Shown here: one piece after another, positions 32,601-47,600 of the stretch | Position numbering within the stretch: the first letter of the stretch is position 1 | How the letters are laid out: every line of letters begins with the position of its first letter | From: Yuukianura sp. NJ FZ-2021 | Lineage: Eukaryota | DNA length: 64,000 nucleotides | Assembly: GCA_046563655.1 (NCBI GenBank) | Contig: CM102287.1 | Coordinates: 8,060,001-8,124,000, forward strand | Direction: 5' to 3' | Notes under the pieces: generated by a model | What the model saw: only the letters and a program-made list of their open reading frames with translations | Told to the model about the DNA's origin: nothing | Database searches by the model: none | Translations under genes and position numbers: made by a program

Positions 32601-35600
32601 ACGAGTCCTGTCACAGCCCAATTTATGAGCTCCCGAGGTTTCATTCAGAGCTTAATAGAATACCCGGGTAGAAACCCAGAATACCCGGGTAAGAACTAAG
32701 GCAGGTTATCTCATTTCCAGTTGACACGACGCTGTGCATCTACTTAAACTTGGCACGTGGTTTCACAGCTCCAGCCACACATCATCTTCAACAAGAATTT
32801 CACACCTACTTTCAACTATTTTAACTTTAAGCTTAGCTGAAATTTAAAACCTAACTGCCTAACCTTAAAACGAACTCAAGTTTTTAAAAATGATTCATTT
32901 CAGTTTTTTTAAAGTAGCGAAAGCTACTTTGTGAATAGACATTGTCCGTCTGTCTGTCTGCGCGTTTTATTAGAGTAGAAATTGATTTTTTTAGTTTTGG
33001 AGTGGAGAGCGGAGTTTTGAAATTAAAAAATGGTGTTTAGAATTTGAAACTGGAGGGGAATAATTTATTTAGAGGAGCGTAGAGCAGGAACTGGCGAGTG
33101 AAGGGGATCGAATGAATTTGAAATTATTACGAAACAGAATTGAATGGAAGTTGTCTGGTTGAGAGAGTAGGCGACATGGGGGAAGTGCTGGAGAAAGGCG
33201 TAAGAGCCCTAGCTCCGCTTGTGTCTGGCTCAAGTGTCATTTTGAAATAATGGTTTCTAATGAAATTCTACTGGATCATGAAGCAGAGACTTAAGTGTGT
33301 GTAAAAGAGACGGGGATTCGAAGAACCACCGAGGGAACAAAATTTAGAATTCAAAAAAGCTCTTGTCTCAGAACCGCAAGTCGAGGCTTTCCCTGACTCA
33401 ACCGCTGAAACATTGAGAACCAACCTCACCCTAACTATAACTCATTTCTTTACAATTTCCAAACTCAAGATGCGTAGTCATACTTTTCAAAAAAATTTGA
33501 AACTCAGATGTATAGTCATAGTTTTCTAAAATTTCAAATGAAAAATTTTCAACATGAGACGCTTTGTCCAACTTTTGACAAAAGTTTGTGTACATTCAAT
33601 TTAATGCACGCTGTAGATTTCAAAAATTTTGAAACTAATCAGAATTATTTTGCTTTTTGAATTGCAGGTTGAAAACTTCGAAATTTCTGTGAAGCCATCC
33701 TGAAGCAACGTCCATATAACTTTGGAGTTCAATTTTTTTTCACTTTACTGTTTTTAAAAAGCAAATTCTTAGGTTGAACACAATTTGCCTTATAAAAGTT
33801 ATTCACAAATTGTTGCAAGTTTAATGTTAATATTACATACAAATTCAATTCTTTAAATTTTCAATCGTGTTAACTTAACTTTTTCGTGTTACTTTTTAAC
33901 TTTAATTGTCCTTATTACCTATACTAGAGATATCTGAGAGTATAGTAAGGTGCTTAATAATTAAAATCATGTCCTGTCACCCATAAATTACTTGGATTTG
34001 ATGATCCCAACTGGATTTGAGGGAACAAGATCCTCCTCAAAGGAAACAAGTTTAAGAACCTTTCATCAACATGGGCGTGTCTTGGAACTGAAACAACTTA
34101 ACTTCACCTGGTATAACTTATGACTCTTAGCAACCACTTCAAAAACCATTGTAATCACCCACCAACTAACACACTACAATGTACTTTTACAATAACGTTG
34201 TAATCCCCTGACCGAAACAACCACAATAAAATTATGACCTGTGAAATATGCCCAAATGACCTCAACTCCTCTTGTTTGGTTTTTGCCTACAATTTGTAAC
34301 TTTGGGAAAATAACTTTGTAAAGTCCGTATCTGATCAACAAACCATAAGTAGAAAATGTGTCACAAGCCAAACCCCAAAATCATACACACTAAAGGCAAC
34401 GCAAAATTTTGAATTTTGATGCACAGTATAAATCGTTTCTATTCGTGTTCTTTAGCGAATTTTGACCAATTTGTTTTACACCAGAATTTTGTGCACAAAA
34501 ATTTTGAATTTTGACTGTTGTCACAAATGAAACAAGCGCAAAAGAAAATTGAATTTTCTGCAAGTGTAAATGTTTAAGATGGTCAACAGGTTTTCCGACA
34601 TTCTTGAGCGATAACGGGAACTGGTAGTGGAAAGACATTTGGCAATCCAAACCAATTCTATTAAAACTTAACTGAAACTAAAACTTAAGTTAAATTTAAT
34701 TTCAACAGAGGTAATAATGATTCCCACTTTAATTTCGAAAATTTTTATTCCTGTGAAGATTTCGAAACTAGTAATCCTTTTCTTTTCAATTTTTTTTAAA
34801 GAAAAATTGCCTCCGTTTGTGCTTCGTTCTTTGCATTTCTCTCCAATTTTGTTTTGTCGATAGAACCACATTTCCCATATGCTCCAAATTCGTTTTTTCA
34901 ACACAACTCCGCGTCCCCATGGGGTATCCATTGAAAATCCGACATTCTATGACCAAGCATGAGCCGATGCTGCTTCAAGATGCTTTCCCAACCTTAGTCT
35001 GCGTCTCGGAAGTCCAAATAAAGGCGGATAAAAAGAAGGAAGCTAGCCTAACCTAACGTAGTGCTGGTTTGAAATGGGAAAAGAGGCTTGGAGACCGGTG
35101 GGACGTCCCTTTGATCCTAAGCTCCGACGGACGAGAAAATGAACGTTGCAAATAGAGCGAATCATTTCAGCCACCAAGAATACAATGGGAAAAGAGGCAG
35201 GAAAAAGCCTCCGGACTTGCAATAAGGCACACAACCCAAAGAAAAAGAGCTTTTCAGGGCACAAGCAGCGGAAAAGTGTTAGAAAAAAATTTCCTCAAAA
35301 AATGTCACACGAAATGGAATCCTATTGTTATCCGTCCGTCTACAGAAGATCCCAATCCCAAGGAAAGAAGAATGAAGTAAAAAGAACGCTGGTTGGACAA
35401 AGAACTGAAAAAACTGGGAGGAAAAATTTTGAAAAAAAAAATTTACATGAAAAAATTCGAAAATGCAGTTTTTTTAAGAAAGAGAAAATTACTGCGTATA
35501 GGTATACCAGCTGAACATACAACAATTCAAACCTGATTGGATCTGTACAAAATACCATGTTAAAATGAAGACAAAAATTAAGCGGCGTTTACATTGAGCT

Positions 35601-38600
35601 GACATACTCTAAAATTCACACAACTAACGAGTAAAAGCTAAACAATTTAAACAAAAACTGAAATTCCAGCTCAAAATAAGTTTCCCAAGTTTTTTGAAAA
35701 TTCGGAAATGCACTTTACGGAAAAAGCACTTTGGCTTTGAAATCTCCAGAGACTAAGTGACGCTGTTGTGACACGCACACTGCGCAAGTTCAAATTCCTT
35801 TCTTTAGTTAGTTAGGTTGAACCACTAATAAAGTAAAAAGCAAAAAAAAAAAAAACTAACTTTCCCCCTTGTTCCTTCCATTGTATTATTTTTTCTGCTT
35901 CATTTTCTGTCTATTTTTCCCCAAAAAGCATTGTTTCCTTCCTGCTCTGCTTTTTCTCCATGTTTTCGTTTTTCTTTTTCGGACCTCCGCTCTACGCGAA
36001 TAATCTGACAGACTGAAGTGAATTATGACTCTTCATGCTCAAACTTTCGTTTCGTTTCAAACAAACACATCTCGGTTTTTTTTTGTCAAAAAGCATTTTT
36101 TTAAACATTATTAGAAAAAGGAACTTGAAAAAAACGAGCCTAACGAATATCAAAGTACTGGACACGGTCCTTCTAAAAAATTTTTGTCACAGTTCATTTC
36201 GTCCGTGTCCAGACTAAAACAGAAGTGAAGTCGTGTCTGGCTTTTTTAGAAAAAAAAAACGGGTATAAAAAAAAATTCGAAAATTGTAATTTAGTTCAAA
36301 ATAGAAAGTGTATGGTCCGGGTAACGCTAAAAAGAATCCAATAAAAGCTGGAAGGGCGGGAGCTGGAGCGTTTTGGGTTGTGGATTATTGGAATTGGAGA
36401 GATGGATCTAACGAGAAGCGACAGACAGGGGATTCGAAGATGAATTGCTTTTCTAAGGGGAAACTCCCTGTCTCCTCGCTCGCATCTTGTGTACTACTGG
36501 CACTATAGTGAAAAAAATGAAAAAACTTTCTCTTTCCTGCATTCAGCTTTCTCCCGGGGACTGAAAACTGACTCAACCACATCCACGTCAAGCGATTCCC
36601 GGCAGCTCCAAAAAAAAGCGGGAGCAAACCGTCCGTCTCTGAAAGAATAATTGGAAAATCTCATTCTTTTTTTCAGACGAACCCGCCTTTCTCCAGTCAC
36701 TAGAGAGAAAACAGCAGCTTTATTTTTAATATCATGGAAACACCAAGTGGATGGATTTATCGATTCTACGACATATCACATCACTTTCACAATTTGAATG
36801 AAAAACGAAATGAAACTTTTCAGTTCGTGACGCTCCCGGAACACAAAATAAAGAAAAAAGTGAAGGGAGAAAGTTGTTTGCATGCAACGTTTCATTCTTT
36901 GAAACTGATGGTTAGTCACTCTTGCAGCAAACTTTTACGTTTTCCTACGAAAGTCGCGTTAGCCTGCACTAAACCTAACCTACTCTAACCAAAAACTTTC
37001 CATTTGCATTTGAATTATCCAACAGTTTTGCTAATTCATTCAATTAGACGATTCCGCTCGATTTCCTTGGATCAATACCTACGAAACGGCCCCCTACCGA
37101 GGACGCTTCTCCTGATGCGCTTCTGCAGCTCAAAAACCTTGGCACTTTCTCTGGCCATTGTTTTCTAAAGAAGTTCCTCCCGGCCAAGTGAGTCGTTAGT
37201 CATCGTTTTCCCCAGTTTTGAGACTTTTGGGTTCGGAAACTGACGTGTCATAGATCAAGTCCCCCCTCCCCCACTTTCTTTTAGAAGGAAGACCCTATGG
37301 GGATTGATGGCACCAAGGGCTCCCCTTCTTCCCCCGCTTTCGACGGAAGTGAGGACTCAGAGGCGGAAAGACAAGCGAAGAGCGGAAGTCACAAGACAAA
37401 GTTCCAGAACCAACCAAGTACACAAGCGTCCAAACCCCGAGAAAAGAGAGAGGCGTGGGCTGCTGAAACAGTTTGTTCTTCGGAAGATGCGATGATGCAG
37501 GAGAGACCTTCTCCGTAATTTTTTGTTCTGAAGAAAACTGCATTTTCAACATTTTATCCAACAAAAATGAAATAAAACGGCGTCAGTCAACCGTTCATGA
37601 TTTACGTACAACTTCCATTTTGACTTTACCAACTACAGAGGATATGAAGAAGCGGGAGTTGTGGAGCGATGAAGCGATTTTTGCTGCTGCAACTAGCTGC
37701 TTATACTTGGAAAATCGCTGTTCATAAACTTTTTACGTGTATAACTGTCATGGGTTCCAAAAAACAGCGTTAACCAAGTCAAAGTCAAATGTCAAACTTG
37801 TAGAATCAGCAAACACTGGTTACTCAGCTGATTTCCAAATTTTTCTGAATCTGTTGGGCACATTAAAAGCGCTTGGCCTAACTCTAAGGTTACAAATAAC
37901 TCTAAATTGAAACCTAAAACATTCCAACACGTTTCAAAAAATTTCGAAAATTTGGAAAAATTCATGCCGTTTCAATTTTCGGGAGAAATGAATCATAGTT
38001 ACGCCCGCTTAACAACCAGATACAGCCAGTTCATCCACTACTCGTAAAAGTAAAGTGGTTCGTATGGCTTTTTTTTTGGTTTTATTTATTTTTTTTTTAA
38101 ATCAATTACAAGAATTTTTTTTTGTAATTCATTTTTCATTCGGCAAATGACAAATTCTTCCTTGTGTTTTAGTTTTTTTAAATTCTGAATTTTGTTTCTA
38201 TTTTTTTTTCTCGAAAATCTGGCTCCCGGAGTGCAAAATTTTGATTCATTTCTCCTGTTTTAAAGAGAAATCGATCATTTTGACGTCACTCTCTCCGTGT
38301 CTTCTCCGAAAGCAGCTTTCTCCAGTGAAAGTCTGAGAAACATGCGTAAATCCGAAATCCATCCATCCGAATTCGGGTGGTGGCGGTTTTAGTGAAAGGC
38401 CAGGAAGAGAAATGGACTCCGGGAATGAAATATGGAGGAAAGGAATAGGAACATACCATAGTGAACCTAACCTTAAGTTGTTTTTCCCACCTTCCAATTG
38501 CAACGTATTCCCTACATATCTTACGTCCTAATCTCTACTACCATGACCTTCTAGAAACTCAATGTCATTCCAAAGATTAATTGCTCTAAATTGTCACTTA

Positions 38601-41600
38601 GAGTTCCGTCACGCCAGCCTAACCAACAACAGTAGAGGAAATTTGGAAAAATAGTTTTTAAATTATATTCATGAGAGTCACTTTAATAACCAAAAAACTT
38701 TTGTTCGTTTTCTTTTTTGAAAAATATTGTTTTAAAAAATAAGCCGAGAAACACCTACTTAAAATTCCACATCGGAAGGGGACTTGGAAAACTTTTAAGG
38801 CTTTTTCAAAAGCGTCTTCTCTAAGCTTTCGAAGAAAGACTTGGAAGTTTTCAGCGCTTGAAAAGCAACATGTGCAGCGTCTCCTGTATCTTCCTTGGAA
38901 CTCAAAAACCTAAACACGGAGGAGAAAGTTATTCTAAAACTTTTGAAATCCTCATTTGAATTTTCAAAATCCCTTTGACGGCAAGGAAGACTCGAGTGTA
39001 GAAGATGGATACAGAAGAAAAGGATTAGACAAAAGCTCTTGCAGTCTAACACTCCATGTGACGTAACTGACACTTGACACTTGAACTTTGACACTGACAT
39101 GTGCACAGGAATGGTGTAAAACTTACACTTGACACAGACAGGCTTGGAATTCAAACCAGTTTTACATAGTTGCTAAACGAACTTGAAATTTTTAAATTAA
39201 AACCAAACTTGACTTCAGTTAACTTTAACTTTTGCTGAAAACGAAAAAGATGAGGAATAGGCTACTGTCAGGAGCCCTTAGAGGGAACTGCACTGGATTT
39301 TGAATTGTAGAAAATGAATGTGTGGCCTATGGACGACCTGGGTGACATTGGCAGTGACCCAGAGATTCTTGGATTTACGACTACTGGGACCAGAGTCAAA
39401 GGGACCTTGAGCACTACTGTTAGGTAACACTTAACAAACGGGATTTCATAAGGTAGGGCCATAAATGAAAAAACGAAGGGGCCTTTTTAAGGGCCCCTGA
39501 ATCATAAAACTATCCTGTTTTATAATACACTTTTTGTCACTGGGCCCTTGGACCCTGTGAGTGACAAGGTGACCCTTAGTGTTGCGTCGTGCAATAAAGT
39601 ACATTATAGCCATGCTAACTGTACAAGAATTCTTCAGATCCGATGTTAGGCCTTGTGAATAGAAGTTTTTATAGCGTTTGATTCGTATTTAATAATCTTG
39701 TAAGCATTAACGTAATTTCAGTTTTAATTTCATATTTCATGTTTGTCGTTTTCAAAATTTTGAAGAAATTTCGAATTTTTTTTTTGCTTTGTTAAATTTC
39801 AATTTTTTGTTAAAATTCATAGTTGTTTTCTAAGAAATTTCTTCTCGTCCACCTAACTTAGGTATTAAAAGTAGAATTTCGGAATAACTGTTCTAAGCAT
39901 TTAGAATAAATTGTTCAACAATTAGTTCAAAATGAACGTAATTAAGAAAATATCATGCGCTGTGACTTACAGAACCGTATTGTGTGAGAACTGAAGCTGT
40001 AGAGGAGGTTAGAGGTGTGCCCTGGGAATAAGATTGTGATTGTTGAGACTTAATTAGAGGTGAGAACTTCTGCGTAAAGTTTAATTGGAACAATGAAGAT
40101 GTTAAACGACTCAGCATCTCATGTTCAGGCACCCATGCCTCTCCTTTCCTACTTCACACATCATCCATCCTCTCTCAAAAAAAGATCGTGGTAAAATCCA
40201 ACCCAAGAACTTCTAAGATTGCAACGCAGATAAAATCAACTTCAAATTCCCACTTTTCAGCTTTTGATGTGCCAATTTACTAATATAAGAAATCAAACAC
40301 AATTCGCCATTTGGTTTGTGGGAAAGCCACTCCAACTCTAAAATGTTTTTCCAATTTCGTATAGATTTTCGAAAAAAAAAATCAAACTTTCAAAAAACAA
40401 AAGCGTATGTAAAAACTTTAAGCCAAATAGAATTTTCTCTGGATGTACCTTGTTAGTTTTGTTCCTATTCAAAGATATACGCCTCCAATGTTGCCTTGTT
40501 GCGAAAAATCACTGAAATTCGTCAAATTTTCTGAATCTGAAGTAAATTTTAGCACATTTTTTTCTAGAAATGTCACAAATGTCACTGCTGTGCACAAAAT
40601 ACTGTTTAATTTAAAGTTACAAGGGGTAAGTTTCAAGTTGTTTGGGCACTGTGACAATAGTTTTTTGGGGGATGATTTGAGTAAATTTTGTGAGGGATGA
40701 TTAGAGTGAAGCTGAATTAGGAACTGACTCCCTCTGCCTCTTGATTTCATTGACTGAGGAATCCATGCTTCTGATCCTGTTCCTTACGTAATTCGATACC
40801 TGAACTATCCACATCCCATCAACATCTCACGTATATTCTCCCATCATCCAACATCTCAATCCCCCCAGGCTCAAAAATATTCCCACTTAAACTCAAAAAT
40901 ATCATCACAAAAACAGATACACGTCTCAACCAAAAACCTCCCTCCAACGAACTACAGCGGTACATCATCCCCCTCCCCCTTCAAAATTCTAAAAAAAAAT
41001 CTATCATACCGCCAGCCAAACGGTTTCAAAATTTTGAAAATCTGACTAATCTAAAAAAAATAGTAGTTTAAAAAAAACCACGTTAATAAAAGTCCAGGAA
41101 AACGTTATCATTTTGTACCAAATCCAGACTAGGTATAATTCTAACTGTGAGTCTCACCAAAGTTATTACAATTTTAAAGGCTAGTTTTTCAACGGCTGAA
41201 CGGTACTGAATTTTCACAATACGAAAAACGGTCACGACGAAACTTTTGCATGTTGAATTTGAAATATAGAAGGTTTGTGCTGGATTTGTGAAAAATTTGA
41301 AATTGGCAAATTAGGAAGTTTGGAAGTGAGAAGGCGTTGATTTTGTTTACGGACTCTCGGAATGTTAGCTCCTGATTGAAATAAATTCGCCCAGAGTAAA
41401 CTTGGATTTGGTTTGAGTAAACAGTGAGTTTTGAAGCGGCTGACTTAAAATTCATTCGTTTGGCGAATGAAAATGAAGGCTGGTTAAATGGTCTGGAAAG
41501 GAATAGGGTGATGGATGACTTCGTTCTGAATGCCAAAACAGAATGACTTTAAGATTTGTGTGTCCCTGTGCCTCAACGCCTCATCCAAATCATAGCTTTC

Positions 41601-44600
41601 TTTGCCAGAAACTTTTGAATCGGTAAAAAATCCAAGGATTTAATGACAAATCCATACATAGAAAAGTTGAGGAAATTTGGAGGGAGTAACTACGGGTAGA
41701 TCAGAATTGAATTTTTATGGGAGAGGAAGAAGGAGTGTTTTTTGTGTTGATAAGTTGAAAAAGAACAAAGCTGTAATTAAGTCCTCCAAAGGGCCCTTTC
41801 CGTAGGGCCTTAACCTAACTTTCAAAGGGGGAAAGTTCACCTACCAAAGCTCCCTAAAGTCATAACTCTTGTGCCCTTGTCCACAAGCCAAGGAAACAAC
41901 AGGAAACTGAACACTACAATTACCGTGTGTGTGCCTCCAGTTTCCCACATGGACTTTTAGAACATGAAAAAAATATACTAAAAAATCCAATTCCCACTTT
42001 TTTTTAATCGGAAACAGGTGCTCCAGGAAAAATTCTAAACAAAATTGGATCCAAATTAAGGAAAATTATTTTCAGGAAAAAATTACGAAAAAGGAAACCC
42101 TGTAGCACCAATTTTCAGTTTTCAACTTCCTATTTAACGTCAAAATTACAAAAACTATCAACTATAAACATATGTAAGTAGACTAAAAAAGAAATCTGAG
42201 TTTCCATGATCAAAATTTTGAAAATTTTAAAATTTGAGCAGTGCTAAATGCCACTTTACAATTTAGCAGACTAAACATTCCATGAAACTTAAAATTCAAG
42301 TTATTTATGGCAGAGTTGTTATGCTTGAATTCAAAAGTTGAAATTTACAAAAATCGAATCGCCCAATTTGAATTTTAGAATTTTCAAAAAATACTGGTGT
42401 AACGTTTTAGAACAAAGTTGTGTTTGTTTTGAAAACTTTCAGTTTCTAGGTCGAGGTTCCACACCCTCTATTCAGAGTTTTAGGTGCCATAAAATGACGT
42501 AGTTTTGAAAAGATCACTTTTACAGTTTTACAGCTTGTCAACTGTCGCCGTTTGAACAGTAAAACAGACCGTACCGTTACATAAAAAAGCTACTGCAGGT
42601 AAGCTATAGCCCTAATTAAACGTTTTTTACGTCAATGTAGGTCAGTAGTAGAAAAGACTTTTTTGAAACTGACAATAAAGAATCAAATAAAAGTTTACAG
42701 CTTCTGAACCTGTCCTCTCCCTCAATTCCGTTTTTTTCCAGGGTACTTAAGTGTACACAAAAAGTCCAGCTTTACCGGGACTTTGCGTATTTTAAGTACC
42801 CACTTCCAAAAAACTTTATTACCTTGAATGGCCTAAAAAATTGGAACTAGGTTGACACTGGGTCAGTCCGCCTCTGACTCTGGATTCAGTCACATCTTGA
42901 TTCTAAACGCGTAAGTTTTGTGCAAATATTTTGAAAACGTGAAAATATTTTGGTATAAAAGTGAAATTTTGCAAAGTTCACAAACATCAACAAATTGGAT
43001 CAATTTGAAGGTAAGACAAGTCTGTTTTTTTGAAATTGCACAAGGTCAACTGACATGATCTCCACGAGTTCTCTCACACAAAAGGAGATCGTGACTTTTG
43101 ACGCCTTCGAAACCCAGAAACGAAACGCAGAAATTAAAAATTCTTGGTACGTCTGCGATGTAACTTAAAAGCAGCTTATGAAGACGCTTAAGGTTAGTCA
43201 TAGCCTGAGAACTTTTGGTTTAAGAAAGGGAATGGAGATGTTTCAAAGTTTTTTTTGGTTCTAACTTCATATTTTTTGTTTCATGGAAGGTCAAAGGTAG
43301 CTTTAGTGGCTTCATTTCAATTCATTTGCTTGACATGAGGAGGATTGGGCGTTAAGATGGTTGAGGAATGAACGGCGTCTCTTTGGGATTTAAGTTTAAA
43401 AAAGTATTTTTTAAAAAGATGAGAGTTGCCCTGTCATGTGTTTGATTTATGCTCAAATGCTCCCTCCCTGGTCAAATTCATATTTTGGATTTAAAGTTTC
43501 CTTTTTGTTTTCTCTGTCTGATTGGGCAGGGCGCTTTTTATGAAATATGAAATTCTGTACAGAGTGACCGCAGGATTTATGACCTTTCACCTCCAAAAAT
43601 AGTAAGGCCCACCGACAGACAGAAGGGGAAGCTACTCAAAGTTCTCAAGATGTCTAAACTAAAAATTACATCTCAAAACTAAAATTAGAAATTCTGTTTT
43701 TAGTTTATATTTTTTTAGTTAAAACTTTTCGTTTTTATACTTCGAACTTGCTTGGAATTGGACCACACGCTCTCCCTATTTCTTAATTGCGTTGGGATGA
43801 TAACAATGGAATCGCACAAAAGTGGTTCCATTAGGCCTACTCTATCTGAACATCGGAGACATGCAACTGTTGTTTCGTTTAATAAAGATTCCATTTCTGA
43901 ACTGAAATTTAGACCACAAAACTGTCATCTTCAACTTCCGTAACAGAGTGACACGCATGATGTTGAAGATGGGACAGATAATGCGTTTATAATTGCCGAA
44001 TCCAAGGTGACAGTAACTTAATTAATGGAACTGTGCGTGAAGAATTGGGGAAACACGCAATCCTAAAAAGCTATTTAAAACAGGCGCATCGAGGAAATTC
44101 TTAATTGGAAAACTTAATTGGAAACTTATTATTTAAAAACAATTAATTATGAACTTAACTTAGGAAATTGTAGGAAAACAATTCGAATATTTGAGTTTAG
44201 AGTCGAAATTAATTTTATTTCACCAGCGATAAGTAGGAATTATTTAAATGGTGAAAGAGAAAGTTAAAATTAAAAAGCTTAACGTTAGTTGGACTTTAAG
44301 TTAGCGTTGAGTTAACGTTAGGGGTAGGTTGTGTGAGTTGTCCCTACAGACTGCTTTCACTTGTGTTGAAAGTGCCTACAGAGCGGGTCTGAGGAAGCGA
44401 GCGCCATCCTCCTTCCTGCGGACGAAACAGGAGCGGGAAAGACAGGTTCAGAAAGCCGTAGTGAGGGAGCGTAGTGTCAACTTTCTCCGAACACTTCGGA
44501 GAAAGCACAAACTCAACCGAAGTCATTGCGGGTAGCCTAAAACGGATACGGCAGAAAAAAAAATCTACTTTTTTGAAAATATTAGTCTTCCAATACAATC

Positions 44601-47600
44601 ATCATTTACAACAATTTAGTATGTTCTAATTCGCAATGGCTCCATTACCATACTGTACCATTTAATTACTTAATAATTTCGAAATTACGTAGATAGCTTG
44701 GTCAAATTTTTCTGATGCATTCCATCCGCCAAGGAGATCTGTATCATCTTGTTTTATTAACGTACATTCCAAAACAATTTTGATGCACTGGCGGCAAAAT
44801 CACACATTCTTTAAATGGGAAGTCATTTATTTAAATGTTGACTGCACATAATCGACTGTGAAAGTGTTTATCAAAATTTAACTTGTTTCTAAAGACGAGC
44901 TGAGGACAGTCGTCACTTTTTAGTCCATAGTGTCCCTTGGCCTAGAGCCCTTAAGGTATTTTTGGAGCATGCTTGACTTTTGCTCTAAAAAGTGTGAGTC
45001 AAGTGAGTGGGATTTGAGGTTAAAGGAAGAGAGTAGCGGAACGATGTAGTCTTCATATGAAATCCCATTACGACGGACTTTTACGATTATTGCTGACACT
45101 TTAAGGAGGATTCCTAACGCCTTGCCGATTCAAAGAAAAACAGATTCAAAAACCAACGAAAACACACTCACAGCTTGATACAAAGACACAAATATTTCAC
45201 ACTTCCCAGTCACTTCATCACCAACACCAAATTTACTCAAATAAAACCAACACTAGGTCACCGAAGGTCAACACAAAATAACATTCATATCTAAAGCTAA
45301 CTTTCTTGACACGTTCCAAAACCAGCCCTCTGACTACTACATCTCACCAATTAAAAATCAAGTTTTGATTCCATTTTCAAAGAAATAATACTGTTCTGGT
45401 TTCGTTTGCAAGAAATCAAGTTCTGATTAGCCAAAAAACTAAATTTGCAAATTGCCAATTTCCAATTGATTTGCTTTTAATTGATGGCTTCATTATCAAA
45501 ATGTTGCTGTTGTTTCGAGATTGTTGACTTGCTACCAATTTGCAAACTTTCACTCTGTTTGATTGATGTTTTTGGCAACTTTTTTTTGTAAAGTTTATGC
45601 CTAACGTAAAGTTGTTTTATTTGTAACACCGCAGCAGTGGTTACCCCTTTTACACATGTTACCGTTTAAAATCCCATTACTTTCTCGTTTAATGGGCATC
45701 TTTTAGGTGTAGTAGTTATAAAATATTTTGGGGGTTGGTAGTAAATGGGACTCTCTTGCTCGGCCAAATGGCTTTTCTAGAGGGAAATAACCTAACCGAA
45801 AAGTAAGTTTAAGGAAAAGGATTGCATATAGCACAGGCTTATTTAAGACTTAAGACTTGTAGTACTGCTGGCGGATTATGCAATCCCATGCACTTGTTGT
45901 CCCAGCCACTGCTGTCCACGGTTCCACGGTGTAAAGACATAATAAAGCCCATTAGAGCAATTAAAAGCCCATCAGATTCACACATACATGGTCCACAACC
46001 CACAGCTTTTACTGTGCTATACCACTGAATCTGCAAAGCTAAGCTGAGGTTTCCCATACAACCACTTAATTAATCACGCTCTCAATTAATTCAATTCAAT
46101 CTCCACCAAATGCTTTGCTTGGTCCAGATCTCTTCAACACATTCACACTTTTAGTTATAGTCAACAAAAAGTTAATTCAATTCATCTGCGCATCCATAAC
46201 CACCCCTCTGCGCATACAAATCCAATTCGGCAGCATTTTTTTTTGTACTTTTAAAAACGTTGAAGCTTTTTTGCCTTTCAAAAAAGTTCATGTCTTTCTC
46301 GTGGCTTTTTCAAATCCTTAAGTTGTTTCGGCACTCTTATGTGTTTCTCAATTCTGAAAAACTTTCAGTATCAACATTTTTTTTACTCAAAATTTAAAAT
46401 TTCGTTTTTTTTTTGAGGAAGCAACTTCACTTGTGAGCGTGATTTTTTCTCAGCAGCTACTTCAAAAAACTTTTTGCTGAAGACATTGCTCCTTTCTGGG
46501 ACCACTTTTTTGGTTTAGAGTGAACGTGACGCAAAATTTGCAAAGGAGCAGAATTTTTTGCCAAAAGGAATCCGAGGCGGTTGTGTGTGATTTGAGCTAG
46601 AGGCAAGGCGAGAGCTTATGTGTGTATGTGTTTTCCATTGGAATATACGCTGCTAAATTTTGGCCGTGGCTACGCTGGGATGAGGAATGGCTACCCACCG
46701 TTTACAATTAATCACTGTCAGAAAATTCGTAATGGCTGAAAGCCAAAAAATTCCCTTTTAGGAGGGGAGATCCACACCCTCTTTGGCCCATTGTGATGGT
46801 TGTACATAGCTTAGGACTCAAAAGGAAGAAGACTTTGGTACAACCATGGACTTTAGCACAAGAATCTTCCATCTTCTTATGTTTACTAAGAAATACACAT
46901 AGTACTACTTACTACAGATCCCCATACATAGTTACTCCCTCTTCCTTCTGACGTCGTACATCATCTACTCAGATCCTGAATCATGTGCATTTGATAGAAA
47001 ATGGGCAACATGAAAAACAGGATTTCTGGTATAAGAAGAAAGTGAATATTTTCACTCTATTGCAAAAAATTAACATGGAGAGAAACGGAAAATTCAGTCA
47101 AATTGAAAAGCGGAGAAATTTCCAATCTTAGTTAACTTTTGAATATTACCACTTTCTAAAGATTAGTTCAAAAAAATTGAATTGAAATTTTCAAGACCTT
47201 CATCAATGTATCAAAATAAAACAAAAAACTAAATCACGTGCCACACAAAACTACACTTCAGTAATGTCGCCGAATGCGCGAACGGAACTAAAAAAATATA
47301 GCAAAATCTGGCGTCTATTTTCGAGCATATTTTTTAACGCCGTGAAAATTGATACTTTTTTTTAAAAAACAACTTGATTTGAAACGTATTTTTTTGCCAT
47401 TTTGCGCAGACTCTTTTGTTTTTTTTGCATCTCACTTTTGAACTATCCGTTCGATTTCGGCTATTTTCGGAACAACCCCGAAAATGATGCAAGGGGGATG
47501 ATGTACTAAGGGTAGGTTAGTTTTCACCCTCCAATAGCCACTTTTTTCCGGGAACCAAAAGGGGGCCCTTCAAATCCAGCATCTACCCTATGTTCTATTC

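Noticed and set aside
44396..44412. CTCF-like site (GGATGGCGC on the minus strand)
   Set aside because: It mismatches the AGRKGGCGC core, which is insufficient without a PWM score.
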